Of a stretch of DNA of 64,000 bases, positions 29,878 through 41,448 are shown one piece after another. The stretch covers positions 2,432,001-2,496,000 of the forward strand of contig OZ257156.1 in assembly GCA_965279375.1 (NCBI GenBank), in the 5' to 3' direction. The notes under the pieces were generated by a model. It was not told the origin of the DNA, did not search any database, and saw nothing but the letters and a program-made list of their open reading frames with translations. Each line of letters begins with the position of its first letter. Position 1 is the first letter of the stretch. The translations under genes and the position numbers were made by a program. Source of the DNA: Gemmatimonas sp. (GTDB lineage: Bacteria; Gemmatimonadota; Gemmatimonadetes; Gemmatimonadales; Gemmatimonadaceae).

Positions 29878-32800
29878 ATGACGACGAACGAAACCTCGCG
29901 AAGCGCCCGGCTCGCTCGCCTCTCCGACCGCCTCACCCGCCGCATACTCGTGCTGGACGGTGCGATGGGCACGATGCTTCAGACCTACCGCCTCGGCGAG
30001 TCTGACTATCGCGGGAGCCGCTTCGCCGAATGGACGCGAGACCTCAAAGGGAATAACGACCTCCTCGTACTCACGCAACCGGAGATCGTCGGGGCCATTC
30101 ACGCCCAGTATCTCGAGGCCGGCGCCGACATTCTCGAGACGAACACGTTCAATGCCAATGCGATCTCCATGGCCGACTACGGCATGGAGTCCCTCGCGTA
30201 TGAGCTGAACGTCGCTGGTGCGGCACTCGCGCGCCGCGTCGCCGATGAGTTCGAGGCACGCGAACCGGACCGGCCGCGCTATGTCGCCGGCGTGCTGGGT
30301 CCGACCAATCGCACCGCATCGTTGTCACCCGAAGTCGAAGACCCGGGTGCCCGCAATGTGAACTTCGAACAGCTCGTCGCCGCCTACGGCGAAGCGGTGC
30401 GCGGCCTCATCGACGGTGGTGCCGATCTGCTGATGGTGGAGACCATCTTCGATACGCTGAACGCCAAGGCGGCACTGTTCGCGATCGAGCAGTACTTCGA
30501 CGAGACCGGCATGCGCGTGCCGGTCATGATTTCGGGAACGATTACCGACGCGAGCGGACGGACGCTCTCGGGCCAGACAGTCGAAGCCTTCTGGGCCTCG
30601 ATCTCGCACGTGCAGCCGCTGTCGGTCGGTCTCAACTGTGCGCTCGGTGCGGCGCAGCTTCGCGCGTATGTGCAGGAGCTCTCGCGTGTCGCGACGACGT
30701 ACATAAGCGCACATCCGAATGCGGGTCTGCCCAACGACATCGGTGGGTACGACGAATCGCCGGAAACGATGGCCACGCAGATCGCCGAATGGGCGAGCAG
30801 CGGGTTGCTCAACGTGGTGGGCGGCTGCTGCGGCACGACGCCCGCGCACGTGCGCGCGATCGCGAACGCCGTGCGGGACGTCGCGCCGCGACCGGTGCCG
30901 GTGCTGCCGCCGCTGCTGCGTCTGTCTGGCCTCGAGCCGATGGTCATTGGCCCCGACACCAACTTCGTCAATGTGGGCGAACGCACGAACGTCACCGGAT
31001 CGTCGCGCTTCTCCAAGCTCATTCTGTCGGGCGATTACGCCGAAGCGGTCAAGGTGGCGCGGCAGCAGGTCGAAAGCGGCGCGCAGATCATCGACGTCAA
31101 CATGGACGAAGGGTTGCTCGACGCCGTGGAGGCGATGACGACCTTCCTCAACCTCTTGGCCGCCGAGCCGGATATTTCGCGCGTGCCGGTGATGGTCGAC
31201 TCGAGCAAGTGGCACGTGATCGAGGCCGGCCTTCGTTGCCTGCAGGGCAAGGGCGTCGTGAACTCGATTTCGCTCAAGGAGGGCGAGACGGAGTTCCTTC
31301 GACAGGCGCGGCTCGTTCGGCGCTACGGCGCTGCGGTCATCGTGATGGCCTTCGACGAGCAGGGGCAGGCCGACAGCGCGGAACGCAAAGTGGCCATCTG
31401 CACGCGGGCCTACGAGCTGCTCACGCAAGCGGTCGGCTTCCCGCCGCAGGACATCATCTTCGATCCCAACATCTTCGCGATTGGCACCGGCATCGAGGAA
31501 CACGCCGGCTACGCCGTGGCGTACTTCGACGCCACTCGCGAGATCAAGCGTACGCTGCCACTGGCCAAGGTGTCCGGTGGTGTGAGCAACATGTCGTTCT
31601 CCTTCCGGGGCAACAATCCACTCCGTGAAGCGATGCATGCCGTGTTCCTGTACCACGCCATTAAGGCGGGGATGGACATGGGTATCGTCAACGCGGGTCA
31701 GCTCATCCCGTACGAGGACATCCCGGTCGACCTGCGCGAGCGCGTCGAAGACGTCGTGCTGAACCGGCGCGCCGATGCGACCGAGCGACTGCTCGAGGTG
31801 GCCGACAGCCTCAAGGGACGCGCCGCGAAAGCCGTTGAGGAACACGCGTGGCGCAGCCTGCCGGTGAACGATCGGCTCTCGCACGCGCTCGTACACGGCA
31901 TCGATGCGTATGTGGTCGAGGATACCGAAGCGGCCCGCGTCGAAGCCGCCCAGCCGATCGACGTGATCGAAGGGCCGCTCATGCGAGGCATGAATGTGGT
32001 GGGCGACCTGTTCGGCGCGGGTAAGCTGTTCCTGCCGCAAGTCGTCAAGAGCGCGCGCGTCATGAAGAAGGCGGTGGCGCACCTCATTCCGTACATCGAA
32101 GCGGCAAAGACCGCGACCAGCAAGCCCGTCGGTCGCGTCCTCATGGCGACGGTGAAGGGCGACGTGCATGACATCGGCAAGAACATTGTCGGTGTCGTTT
32201 TGCAGTGTAACGGCTACGAGGTCGTGGACATGGGCGTGATGGTTTCCTGTGCCGCGATTCTCGACAAGGCGCGCGAGATCGGCGCCGACGCCATCGGACT
32301 GTCCGGACTGATCACGCCTTCGCTCGACGAAATGACCTTCGTCGCCAGCGAGATGGAGCGGCTCGGCTTCACGATTCCGCTCCTGATCGGCGGGGCGACC
32401 ACCAGCAAGGCGCACACGGCGCTGCGCATCGAGCCGGCGTACTCGGGGCCGGTCGTCCATGTACTCGACGCTTCACGCGCGGTTGGTGTGACGAGCGCAC
32501 TGCTCAGCGACGAGCGGCGCGATGCGTTCATCGCTGGTATCCGGAAGGAGTACGACGCCCTGCGCGTTGCACGCGAGGCCCGCGGTGGCGCGGATCGCTT
32601 GATTCCCATCGAGGCGGCGCGCGCCAATCCGGCGCGCATCGACCTGTCCGTGTCCGTGCCGGTGCCCAGCTTCATCGGCCCGAAGACGCTCGACGCGTAC
32701 CCGCTCGATGACCTCGTTCCGTTCATCGACTGGACGCCGTTCTTCCAGACATGGGAACTGGCCGGGCACTTTCCGGCGATTCTGGATGATCCCGTGGTGG

Positions 32801-33570
32801 GCGAAACGGCGCGGTCGCTTTACGCCGACGCTCGCGCCATGCTCGATCGCATCGTCCGCGAGGAGCGACTGCAAGCCAAGGCGAGTTTTGGCTTCTGGCC
32901 GGCACAGGCGGTTGGCGACGATATCGTGCTGTACACCGACGCCGAACAGTCCTCCGAGGCCGCGACGCTGCACATGCTCCGCCAGCAGGGTGACAAGAAG
33001 GGCGACGGCCGACCCAACTTCTGCCTCGCGGACTTCGTGGCCCCCAAGACGAGCGACGTGCTCGACTACATCGGTGCATTCGCGGTCACCACGGGGCACG
33101 GCTTGGAGGGGCTGGTCGCCGAATACGAGGCGGCTCACGACGACTACAGCTCCATCATGGCCAAGGCGCTCGCCGATCGGCTGGCCGAGGCCTTCGCCGA
33201 GCGGCTGCATCATCGCGTTCGGACCGAGTTCTGGGGCTACGCCGCCAACGAGTCGCTCGACCCGGAGGCGCTGGTGCAGGAGAAGTTCCAGGGCATCCGG
33301 CCGGCACCCGGCTATCCGGCCTGCCCGGATCATCGAGAAAAAGGCACGCTCTTCGCGCTGACCGAGGCCGAGTCGCGCGCCGGCATGCGACTGACCGAAA
33401 GCTTCGCCATGTCACCGGGCGCGAGCGTGAGCGGTTGGTACTTCTGGCGTCCGGAGTCGACCTACTTCGGCGTCGGCAAACTGCTGCCCGATCAGCTCAC
33501 CGACTATGCCGTCCGCACAGGTGGCGCCGCGGACGGCGCGCGCTGGACCGCCACGCTCGCGGTAGGGTAG
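29878..33570 (+). CDS. metH: Cobalamin-dependent methionine synthase
   Basis: 1230 aa with HMT (GLNCALG, GGCCGT), pterin-binding (GERTNVTGS), B12-binding (DVHDIGKN) and reactivation ([14 protein letters not shown]) domains. Confidence 0.98.
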   Translation: MTTNETSRSARLARLSDRLTRRILVLDGAMGTMLQTYRLGESDYRGSRFAEWTRDLKGNNDLLVLTQPEIVGAIHAQYLEAGADILETNTFNANAISMADYGMESLAYELNVAGAALARRVADEFEAREPDRPRYVAGVLGPTNRTASLSPEVEDPGARNVNFEQLVAAYGEAVRGLIDGGADLLMVETIFDTLNAKAALFAIEQYFDETGMRVPVMISGTITDASGRTLSGQTVEAFWASISHVQPLSVGLNCALGAAQLRAYVQELSRVATTYISAHPNAGLPNDIGGYDESPETMATQIAEWASSGLLNVVGGCCGTTPAHVRAIANAVRDVAPRPVPVLPPLLRLSGLEPMVIGPDTNFVNVGERTNVTGSSRFSKLILSGDYAEAVKVARQQVESGAQIIDVNMDEGLLDAVEAMTTFLNLLAAEPDISRVPVMVDSSKWHVIEAGLRCLQGKGVVNSISLKEGETEFLRQARLVRRYGAAVIVMAFDEQGQADSAERKVAICTRAYELLTQAVGFPPQDIIFDPNIFAIGTGIEEHAGYAVAYFDATREIKRTLPLAKVSGGVSNMSFSFRGNNPLREAMHAVFLYHAIKAGMDMGIVNAGQLIPYEDIPVDLRERVEDVVLNRRADATERLLEVADSLKGRAAKAVEEHAWRSLPVNDRLSHALVHGIDAYVVEDTEAARVEAAQPIDVIEGPLMRGMNVVGDLFGAGKLFLPQVVKSARVMKKAVAHLIPYIEAAKTATSKPVGRVLMATVKGDVHDIGKNIVGVVLQCNGYEVVDMGVMVSCAAILDKAREIGADAIGLSGLITPSLDEMTFVASEMERLGFTIPLLIGGATTSKAHTALRIEPAYSGPVVHVLDASRAVGVTSALLSDERRDAFIAGIRKEYDALRVAREARGGADRLIPIEAARANPARIDLSVSVPVPSFIGPKTLDAYPLDDLVPFIDWTPFFQTWELAGHFPAILDDPVVGETARSLYADARAMLDRIVREERLQAKASFGFWPAQAVGDDIVLYTDAEQSSEAATLHMLRQQGDKKGDGRPNFCLADFVAPKTSDVLDYIGAFAVTTGHGLEGLVAEYEAAHDDYSSIMAKALADRLAEAFAERLHHRVRTEFWGYAANESLDPEALVQEKFQGIRPAPGYPACPDHREKGTLFALTEAESRAGMRLTESFAMSPGASVSGWYFWRPESTYFGVGKLLPDQLTDYAVRTGGAADGARWTATLAVG

Positions 33571-33643
33571 CTTTTCCCTGCCCGCGAACGTGACTGGTGC
33601 GGCTTGCCAAGCGTCCAAAGGTACCTCCTCTTTTTCCAGTCCA

Positions 33644-34564
33644 ATGACCATACCTGCGTCATCCACGTCGATGCTCGCACCGCGCGACGCGCTGGCGTCC
33701 ATCAAAGCGCTCGACCGAATTCAGCTCGCGGCGTACGTGCTGACGGGGATGATGTTCGCGCTGTTGTTCGCCAAGCCGGCCTCGTTGCTGTTGGAGGCTT
33801 GGTGGAACGATCCGAATTCTGGTCACGGCCTGCTGCTGGCCCCGTTGTCGGTCTGGTTCGCCTACAAGGCGGGCATCGCCAAGGGCGCCAAGCCGCAGCG
33901 TGTCCTCGGCGGCTCCATCCTGCTCTTCGCCATCGTGTCCCGGTACGCGGCGGATCTGGCGGCCGAGCTGTTCGTCATGCGCGGGTCCATGCTGGTCGCG
34001 ATCGCCGGCCTGGTGGTCTGGTACGGTGGCATTCGGCAGCTTTTGCATTGGTGGCTGCCGTTCGCGTTGACCGCGCTGTCCGTGCCGATTCCGGAAGTCA
34101 TTCTCAACACCGTTGCGCTGCCCTTGCAGTTCACGGCCTCGCGCATCGGCGCCTCGCTGCTCGCCTTCCGTGAGATTCCGGTGCTGCTGACCGGCAATGT
34201 CATTCGCATTCCCGGGCAAGAGTTGTTCGTCGCCGAAGCGTGCAGCGGGCTCCGCTCGCTCACCGCGCTCATCAGCCTCGGCGTACTGCTGGGCGCGCTC
34301 TTTCTGCGCTACTGGCAAATGCGGGTGTTGCTCATCGCCATCGCCATTCCGATTGCGATCCTGATCAACGGCTTTCGAATTTTTCTGACGGGCTTCCTCG
34401 TCCTGTTCGTGAGCCCTGAGATGGGGCAAGGCTTCATGCACACCAGCGAAGGCATGATGATGTTCGGCGCGGCGTTCCTCGTGATCGCTGGCGTCACCTG
34501 GCTCTTCGGGCGCGCCGAAGGGCTGTTCGGACCCACCACACGTACAACGGCGGCCGCGCTATGA
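33644..34564 (+). CDS. Exosortase (EpsH/Xrt family)
   Basis: About 8 TM segments; HGLL.P, VAEACSGLRSL (catalytic Cys), NGFRI (Arg), FMH..EG (His). Start ATG 33644 chosen; upstream GTG 33590 is possible. Confidence 0.93.
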   Translation: MTIPASSTSMLAPRDALASIKALDRIQLAAYVLTGMMFALLFAKPASLLLEAWWNDPNSGHGLLLAPLSVWFAYKAGIAKGAKPQRVLGGSILLFAIVSRYAADLAAELFVMRGSMLVAIAGLVVWYGGIRQLLHWWLPFALTALSVPIPEVILNTVALPLQFTASRIGASLLAFREIPVLLTGNVIRIPGQELFVAEACSGLRSLTALISLGVLLGALFLRYWQMRVLLIAIAIPIAILINGFRIFLTGFLVLFVSPEMGQGFMHTSEGMMMFGAAFLVIAGVTWLFGRAEGLFGPTTRTTAAAL

Positions 34565-35256
34565 CGAATCGCCTCGCGCAGTTCACGCCCGCGCTGATTC
34601 TCGCTGCGGGTGTCCTGGTGGTCTCGGGAATCCGCGAGCAGTACGCCATGACGCTGCGAGCCCCCATCGCGTCGCTGCCGACCAACTTTGGCGGCAACAC
34701 GTCGCGCGACATCGTCGTGGGCGAGGAGGAGCGCAAGATCGCCGGCATGTCGGAGTATGTCATGCGCGAATTCCGTCGCGATTCCACGACGATGTTCTCC
34801 GTCTACGTGGGTTACTACGATCGGCAGGTGCAGGGCAAGACGATTCACTCGCCCAAGAACTGTCTGCCCGGTGCCGGTTGGGAGATTCTCACCAGCGCGC
34901 GCGCGCCGATGCCCGGTGGGCTCCCCGGAGAGACGGTGAATCGCGTCCTGCTCGCGAATCGCGGTGTGCAGGCGCTCGTGGTGTACTGGTATCAGGGTCG
35001 TGGTCGGGTGGCGTCGAACGAGTACTCCGTGAAGTGGGACCTGCTCCGCGACGCAGCCATCTACGGGCGAACGGACGAAGCGTTGGTGCGCATCGTCGTG
35101 CCCATCGAGCCACCGGTGCGCGCGCTCGCCGACTCGACCTCTCAGCGTCTGGCGCACGCTCGCGCGGTGGCCACCGCTGATTCCATCGCGAACATGGTCA
35201 TCCCGGAGCTGTCGCGAGACGTCGCGCGTGTGCTACCCGCACCGCCCAAGTCGTGA
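34561..35256 (+). CDS. epsI: Exosortase-associated EpsI protein
   Basis: YVGYY..Q..GKTIHSPKNCLPGAGW, YWYQGRGR, RTDEALVRI. ATGA-coupled to the exosortase. Confidence 0.9.
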   Translation: MTNRLAQFTPALILAAGVLVVSGIREQYAMTLRAPIASLPTNFGGNTSRDIVVGEEERKIAGMSEYVMREFRRDSTTMFSVYVGYYDRQVQGKTIHSPKNCLPGAGWEILTSARAPMPGGLPGETVNRVLLANRGVQALVVYWYQGRGRVASNEYSVKWDLLRDAAIYGRTDEALVRIVVPIEPPVRALADSTSQRLAHARAVATADSIANMVIPELSRDVARVLPAPPKS

Positions 35257-35272
35257 TAGCACGCTCGGGCGA

Positions 35273-35860
35273 ATGACCGACCGGCCGTACGCGGGCCTCT
35301 TCACGCTGCTGCGGGCCGATATTGCGGCCAAAGCGGAATGGCTGTACGGGTCGGCGGCGCCGCGTGACCAGTTCAAGACGCTGCTCACCGACGGCACGTT
35401 CGCCATGGTGGTGTATCGGTTGATGCAGGCGAGTCAGCGCGCAGGACTCGCGCCGCTGGCCATGGTGTTCAACAAGCTCAATACCGTTTTCGGCGGATGT
35501 GTCATCGGGCGCGGCGCGGCGTTCGGGCCGGGCTTCGTGCTGGTACACAGCATGGGTGTCGTCATCAACACCGCAGTTCGCGGTGGGCGTGACGTGAAGA
35601 TCGAGCATCAGGTCACCATCGGTGCAGAGCGTGGACTGAGTCCCGTCCTCGGCGATGATCTGTTCATCGGCGCCGGTGCGAAGATCATCGGATCGGTCCG
35701 TCTCGGCTCGGGAGTGCGCGTCGGAGCCAACGCGGTGGTGGTGAAGGACGTCCCCGACAACGTCACCGCCGTCGGCGTTCCCGCTCGGTACATCCCGCGC
35801 GATGTCGCCAAAGTTCAGGACGCATCGCCGCCGATCGTTGAGCGAGCGTCCGTCACGTGA
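35273..35860 (+). CDS. Serine O-acetyltransferase-like (hexapeptide-repeat) acetyltransferase
   Basis: H..GVVI, HQVTIG, PVLGDDLFIGAGAKIIG, VGANAVVVKDVP..VTAVGVPAR. Short EPS-type CysE homolog. Confidence 0.85.
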   Translation: MTDRPYAGLFTLLRADIAAKAEWLYGSAAPRDQFKTLLTDGTFAMVVYRLMQASQRAGLAPLAMVFNKLNTVFGGCVIGRGAAFGPGFVLVHSMGVVINTAVRGGRDVKIEHQVTIGAERGLSPVLGDDLFIGAGAKIIGSVRLGSGVRVGANAVVVKDVPDNVTAVGVPARYIPRDVAKVQDASPPIVERASVT

Positions 35861-37035
35861 ACGTGCCGCTGCTGATCGTGGCGGTCAGTCTCGCCGCCAT
35901 TGGCTGGACACTCGTGGGCTACCCGACGTGGCTGGCAATCCGAGCGCGCGGGACGCGGTCGGAAGACCAGGGCGATTCTGCGACACGTGATCGCGCGGGC
36001 GATGCGCTGCCCACCGTGACGGCAGTGATTCCCGTCCACAACGGCGCGCCGTTTCTCGCAAAGAAGCTCGAGAGCGTCCTCTCGTCGGATTATCCCGCGG
36101 AGCGGCTCAACGTGATCGTGCTCTCCGACGGCAGCACCGACGAGACCGATGCCATCGCCGAATCCTTCGCCGCGCGAGAGCGCGTGCGGTTCGTGCGGCT
36201 GCCCAAGGGCGGAAAAGCGGTGGCGCTGGGCGTGGCGTTTCCGATGGTCGACCGGGATATCGTGCTGCTCACCGATGTGCGCCAGCGGCTCGAGGGCGAC
36301 TGCGTGCGCAATCTGGTGCGTCGCTTCAGCGATCCTGCCGTCGGCGTGGTGAGCGGACAGCTGCGCATTCGCGCGGGTGAGACCGCTGGTGAAGCGAGCA
36401 CCGGACTGTATTGGCGCTATGAAACCGCCATACGCGAGCATCTGAGCCGGATCGACTCCATCATCGGCGCAACCGGTCCGATCTACGCCATGCGGCGCAC
36501 ACTGGTGCGCCCACTGCCCGCCGGCTGCATTCTCGACGACGTGTGGCTGCCCATGCAGGCGGTGTTCGACGGGTATCGCGCAGTGATGGCCAGCGATGCG
36601 GTTGCCTGGGACTACGCGACGAGTGTGTCGTCGGAATTCGCGCGAAAAGTCCGCACGCAGGCCGGACTCTTTCAGCTGCTCCGTCTCGAGACGCGACTTC
36701 TCAACCCCGTGCGCAATCGACTCTTCGCGTCGTTCCTCTTTCTCAAGCTCGGGCGGCTGTTCCTCGGTCACTTGCTGATCGTACTCGCGGTGGCGAGCGC
36801 GTTCCTGCCGTCGCCATGGTCACTGCTGCTGCTGGCGATGCAAGCGGCATTCTACGCGGCCGTGTTCGTCGATCGACTGTTGCCGGAAGGGTCGATGCTC
36901 AAGCGCCTGACCGCGCCGTGCGCCACGTTCGTGACGCTCGTGGCAGCCGCGTTCGTCGCGCAGGTGGTGTTCTTCCGCGATCCCAGCACCCTCTGGAAGT
37001 CAACGAAGGTGCGCCTCGTCGACGCCACGTCGTGA
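35857..37035 (+). CDS. GT2 glycosyltransferase with TM anchors
   Basis: VIPVHNG, SDGSTD.T, GGKA.AL, LTDVRQ, YWRYE, GATG.IYA.RR, LDD and RKVRT motifs. Confidence 0.88.
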   Translation: MNVPLLIVAVSLAAIGWTLVGYPTWLAIRARGTRSEDQGDSATRDRAGDALPTVTAVIPVHNGAPFLAKKLESVLSSDYPAERLNVIVLSDGSTDETDAIAESFAARERVRFVRLPKGGKAVALGVAFPMVDRDIVLLTDVRQRLEGDCVRNLVRRFSDPAVGVVSGQLRIRAGETAGEASTGLYWRYETAIREHLSRIDSIIGATGPIYAMRRTLVRPLPAGCILDDVWLPMQAVFDGYRAVMASDAVAWDYATSVSSEFARKVRTQAGLFQLLRLETRLLNPVRNRLFASFLFLKLGRLFLGHLLIVLAVASAFLPSPWSLLLLAMQAAFYAAVFVDRLLPEGSMLKRLTAPCATFVTLVAAAFVAQVVFFRDPSTLWKSTKVRLVDATS

Positions 37036-37048
37036 CTCGTCGGCGACG

Positions 37049-38407
37049 ATGAGCGGAACGTCCGTGGCGACGTCGACGCGAGCTGCGCTCATCGCCAGCG
37101 TCGCCCTGATTCTCCTCGCCACACTCACTCCGATTGGCGCCGCGTCGATTCCGCCGACGTCGCCGTGGTGTGTCGACTGCGGCGGGCACTGGCTCGCCGA
37201 CGCGCTCAGTAACATCGCCCTCTTCATACCGCTTGGGGTGACGTTGCGCCGCACATCGCGGCGCGTTGCGTGGTGGTGGGTCTTGGGCATTTCCGTCGCG
37301 CTTTCCCTCGGCGTCGAGACGCTGCAATCGATCGGGCTGCCGCCCGGCAGAAGTCCGACGCTCGCCGATGTGATCGCCAATGCGTGCGGCGGCCTGTGCG
37401 GATTTCTGTTGGCCTCTGCGGGCCGCTGGTTTCGTCCGGTGCGGGCCGACGTCGCAAGTGCCTCGGCGCTCGGCTGGAGTGTCGGTGTGGCTGCGCTCTG
37501 CTGGGGAACAAGCTGGGCGCTGACGCCAGTGTCTGATCGCTTTTCGCCGCCGTCCGAGACGGCGACGAGCGAGGTCGGGCGACGCGACACCGTTAACGCG
37601 ATCATCCGACTGAGCCCGTTGACTGCGTTGCCGACCTACGGCTGGTTCGCCGGCATCGTCGATTCGGCCACGGTCAACGGCACGACGTTCACCCGCAGCA
37701 GTACTGGACCCGTGATCATCGAGTCCGTGGGAAGCGTTGCCGAGACGGACATTCGTGTGACCATGCACGGCGCGGACCGGCGCGGTGCACTCGTTCCACT
37801 GGTTTACCTGCACGCGGCCGAGTCGCGGCAGCCGTCGGCCATTGTCGGTGTGCGTGATGCGGCGGTGACCTTGGTCGTCCTGCGACAGGCGGATGCGTGG
37901 GGGCTGCTGACGCCGGCGCTGACGATGCGCGATGTGCTCGGCGACGACGTTGGCGCCGCGTCTCGGGTCGTCCGGATAGAAGCGCAGTCACGGCGAGGGC
38001 AACTCAAACTCGGCGTGCATACGAGTAGCGGTGCAGCAGGTGCAGACAGTGGTGCGTCCGCCTCGCGCGACGGGTGGCGTCGTAAGGAACTGGCGCTCTC
38101 GCCGATGCTCGGTTGGGCGATGCTTCAGACCCTCGTGGCGAGCGACGCGGCATATGCGGGAGTGGCGCAACTCTGCTGGATCGCGCTGCTCATGTGTCCG
38201 ATCGGATGGTGGTCGGCGCGCGCAGGCGGCAGCCGGCTCGCGGCCACGATCATCTCGTCGCTGGTGGTGGTGTACGGGGCGGCAAGCAGCACCGCCCGGT
38301 TCGACTTGGCTGCGGTTTCGCGTCTCGAATGGCTGGAGGCCGCGGCCGCGATGGCTGCCGGATTTCTCGCCAGCCATCGCGAGCTGCAGCGACGCAACAG
38401 CGAATAG
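37049..38407 (+). CDS. VanZ-family membrane protein with extracytoplasmic domain
   Basis: DALSNIALFIPLG, SLGVETLQ...PGRSPTLADVIANACGG (VanZ signature). Confidence 0.75.
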   Translation: MSGTSVATSTRAALIASVALILLATLTPIGAASIPPTSPWCVDCGGHWLADALSNIALFIPLGVTLRRTSRRVAWWWVLGISVALSLGVETLQSIGLPPGRSPTLADVIANACGGLCGFLLASAGRWFRPVRADVASASALGWSVGVAALCWGTSWALTPVSDRFSPPSETATSEVGRRDTVNAIIRLSPLTALPTYGWFAGIVDSATVNGTTFTRSSTGPVIIESVGSVAETDIRVTMHGADRRGALVPLVYLHAAESRQPSAIVGVRDAAVTLVVLRQADAWGLLTPALTMRDVLGDDVGAASRVVRIEAQSRRGQLKLGVHTSSGAAGADSGASASRDGWRRKELALSPMLGWAMLQTLVASDAAYAGVAQLCWIALLMCPIGWWSARAGGSRLAATIISSLVVVYGAASSTARFDLAAVSRLEWLEAAAAMAAGFLASHRELQRRNSE

Positions 38408-38491
38408 CTTTCGCGCAGGACGGTCTTCCGTGCGATCGGCAGCCGACGTCTCAATGCCCAGGTCCAGTAGCGTTCCCGTCGTCTCTCCTGC

Positions 38492-39931
38492 GTGTCTACC
38501 GCAACCTCTCTCGTGTCGTCCGTTTCCGATTCGAACCACCGCGCGCCACGCGCGCTCCTACTGAGCTACAACTTTCCACCAGCGAACGTCGCAGGCGCGC
38601 ATCGCTGGGATGCGTTCACGCGCTACTGTCGATCGCGCGGCTGGAAGTTCGACGTCATCTCTCGCGTACCGGGAGCGCCGCCCTTCACACCCGCGCAGGT
38701 GGACGCCGCGCGACTGCGTCAGACTGACGAGGAGCCGCTACGCGTGTTCGGATTGCCGGACACCGAGCATGTTTCGCAGAACGTGGTCGCGGCGTTGCAC
38801 CGCGGCTTGCGTGCGGTACGCCCCGCTCGTTCCGCGCCGGCGCCCGAAGCATCGGCGTCGGTCGCTGTGGCACCGAGCGGAGCGACGCTTCGGGTAGACC
38901 GTGCCGTGCTGCCGCGCGGCGAAATCATTGGCACGCTCAAGCCGTATCTCAACGCGCGCGCCGCGCTGTTCGCGTGGCGCTACTACTCGGAAGGTCTGGG
39001 GTGGGTCGCACAAGCACACGCACTCGGGCAATCGTTGGCTCGGCAGGTGCCATACGACGTCATCATCACGTCCGGTCCGCCGCACTTGAGCTCTGACGCG
39101 GCGCGTCGACTCTCGGTGGAATTCGGCGTACCGCTCGTGCTCGACTTCCGTGACCCGTGGGCCGCGTTGGATCTGCTGCCCACCGATCTCGCATCGCCGC
39201 TGTGGTATGGCATTGCGGAGTACTATGAACGCAAGGCGGTGCGCCAGGCATCACTCCTGACGATGAACACCGAACGGGCAACGCGTCAGATGCAGCGCAA
39301 GTATCCGAAGGCGCACGTGGTGACCGTGCGCAACGGTTACGACGGAGGCGTCGCGTTGGCGGAGCACGACGCATCGACGTTCGTCATGGTCTACGCAGGC
39401 GCGATTTACCTGGATCGTGATCCCAGGCCGACACTCGCTGCGCTTCGCACCGTCATCGCGGACGGCAACATCCCGCCCGGTGCGATCAGACTCAAGTTCA
39501 TCGGAGAGACGGCAACGTTCGCCGGTGTGCCGCTCACGCAGCTGGCCGCGGAAGCCGGCGTCGAGGCGTACGTGCAGGTCATGCCTTCCATTCCGCGGGA
39601 TCAGCTGCACGCAGAACTGAGGCGTGCGGCGATGTTGGTGAATCTCCCGCAGGGTGCTTCGCTGTGCATTCCGTCAAAGGTCTTCGAGTACCTGCATTTT
39701 CCGGCGTGGTTGCTTGCCCTGGAGCCTGCCGGTACGTCGACGCACGACCTGCTCGCGACGACTGGTGCGGACATCGCTGCCCCGACAGACGTGAGCGCGA
39801 TCGCTGGAATCATTCGCCGCCGCTACAACGAGTACATGGGCGGCGCCCGCCCCGTGCCGCTCGCACAGGGCGACGCGTTCACTGCATCGCGACAGGCGGA
39901 GGTGTTCTTCCGCGCGCTCGAGGCACTCTAG
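38492..39931 (+). CDS. GT4-like glycosyltransferase
   Basis: SYNFPP....G..R, TSGPP, LDFRDPW, NGYD, YAG.IY..RDP and PSKVFEYL motifs. Confidence 0.85.
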   Translation: MSTATSLVSSVSDSNHRAPRALLLSYNFPPANVAGAHRWDAFTRYCRSRGWKFDVISRVPGAPPFTPAQVDAARLRQTDEEPLRVFGLPDTEHVSQNVVAALHRGLRAVRPARSAPAPEASASVAVAPSGATLRVDRAVLPRGEIIGTLKPYLNARAALFAWRYYSEGLGWVAQAHALGQSLARQVPYDVIITSGPPHLSSDAARRLSVEFGVPLVLDFRDPWAALDLLPTDLASPLWYGIAEYYERKAVRQASLLTMNTERATRQMQRKYPKAHVVTVRNGYDGGVALAEHDASTFVMVYAGAIYLDRDPRPTLAALRTVIADGNIPPGAIRLKFIGETATFAGVPLTQLAAEAGVEAYVQVMPSIPRDQLHAELRRAAMLVNLPQGASLCIPSKVFEYLHFPAWLLALEPAGTSTHDLLATTGADIAAPTDVSAIAGIIRRRYNEYMGGARPVPLAQGDAFTASRQAEVFFRALEAL

Positions 39932-39963
39932 CGCGGCCGCAACCGGATTCGATTGCGGCCGCG
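39932..39963. terminator. Hairpin between convergent GT4 and gltA
   Basis: CGCGGCCGCAA-N10-TTGCGGCCGCG, 11-bp stem. Confidence 0.55.
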
Positions 39964-39971
39964 TCGCCGCG

Positions 39972-41345
<1,374 letters not shown>

Positions 41346-41448
41346 CTCAATCGACTCCAGAGGTCTTCGGTAAGCAGGCGGGTCACGATAAATGTACCGA
41401 GAATGCAGGGGCACGGCCGGGGCTTCGTCAGCGTCGTTCTGACACCAT

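Noticed and set aside
30325..32460. 711-aa antisense ORF inside metH; similar long shadows at 12627-14555, 21751-23937, 24654-26336, 17999-19417, 11356-12630 and 59430-60698
   Set aside because: In-register antisense frames of well-conserved genes in a high-GC genome where stops are rare. No recognisable motifs.
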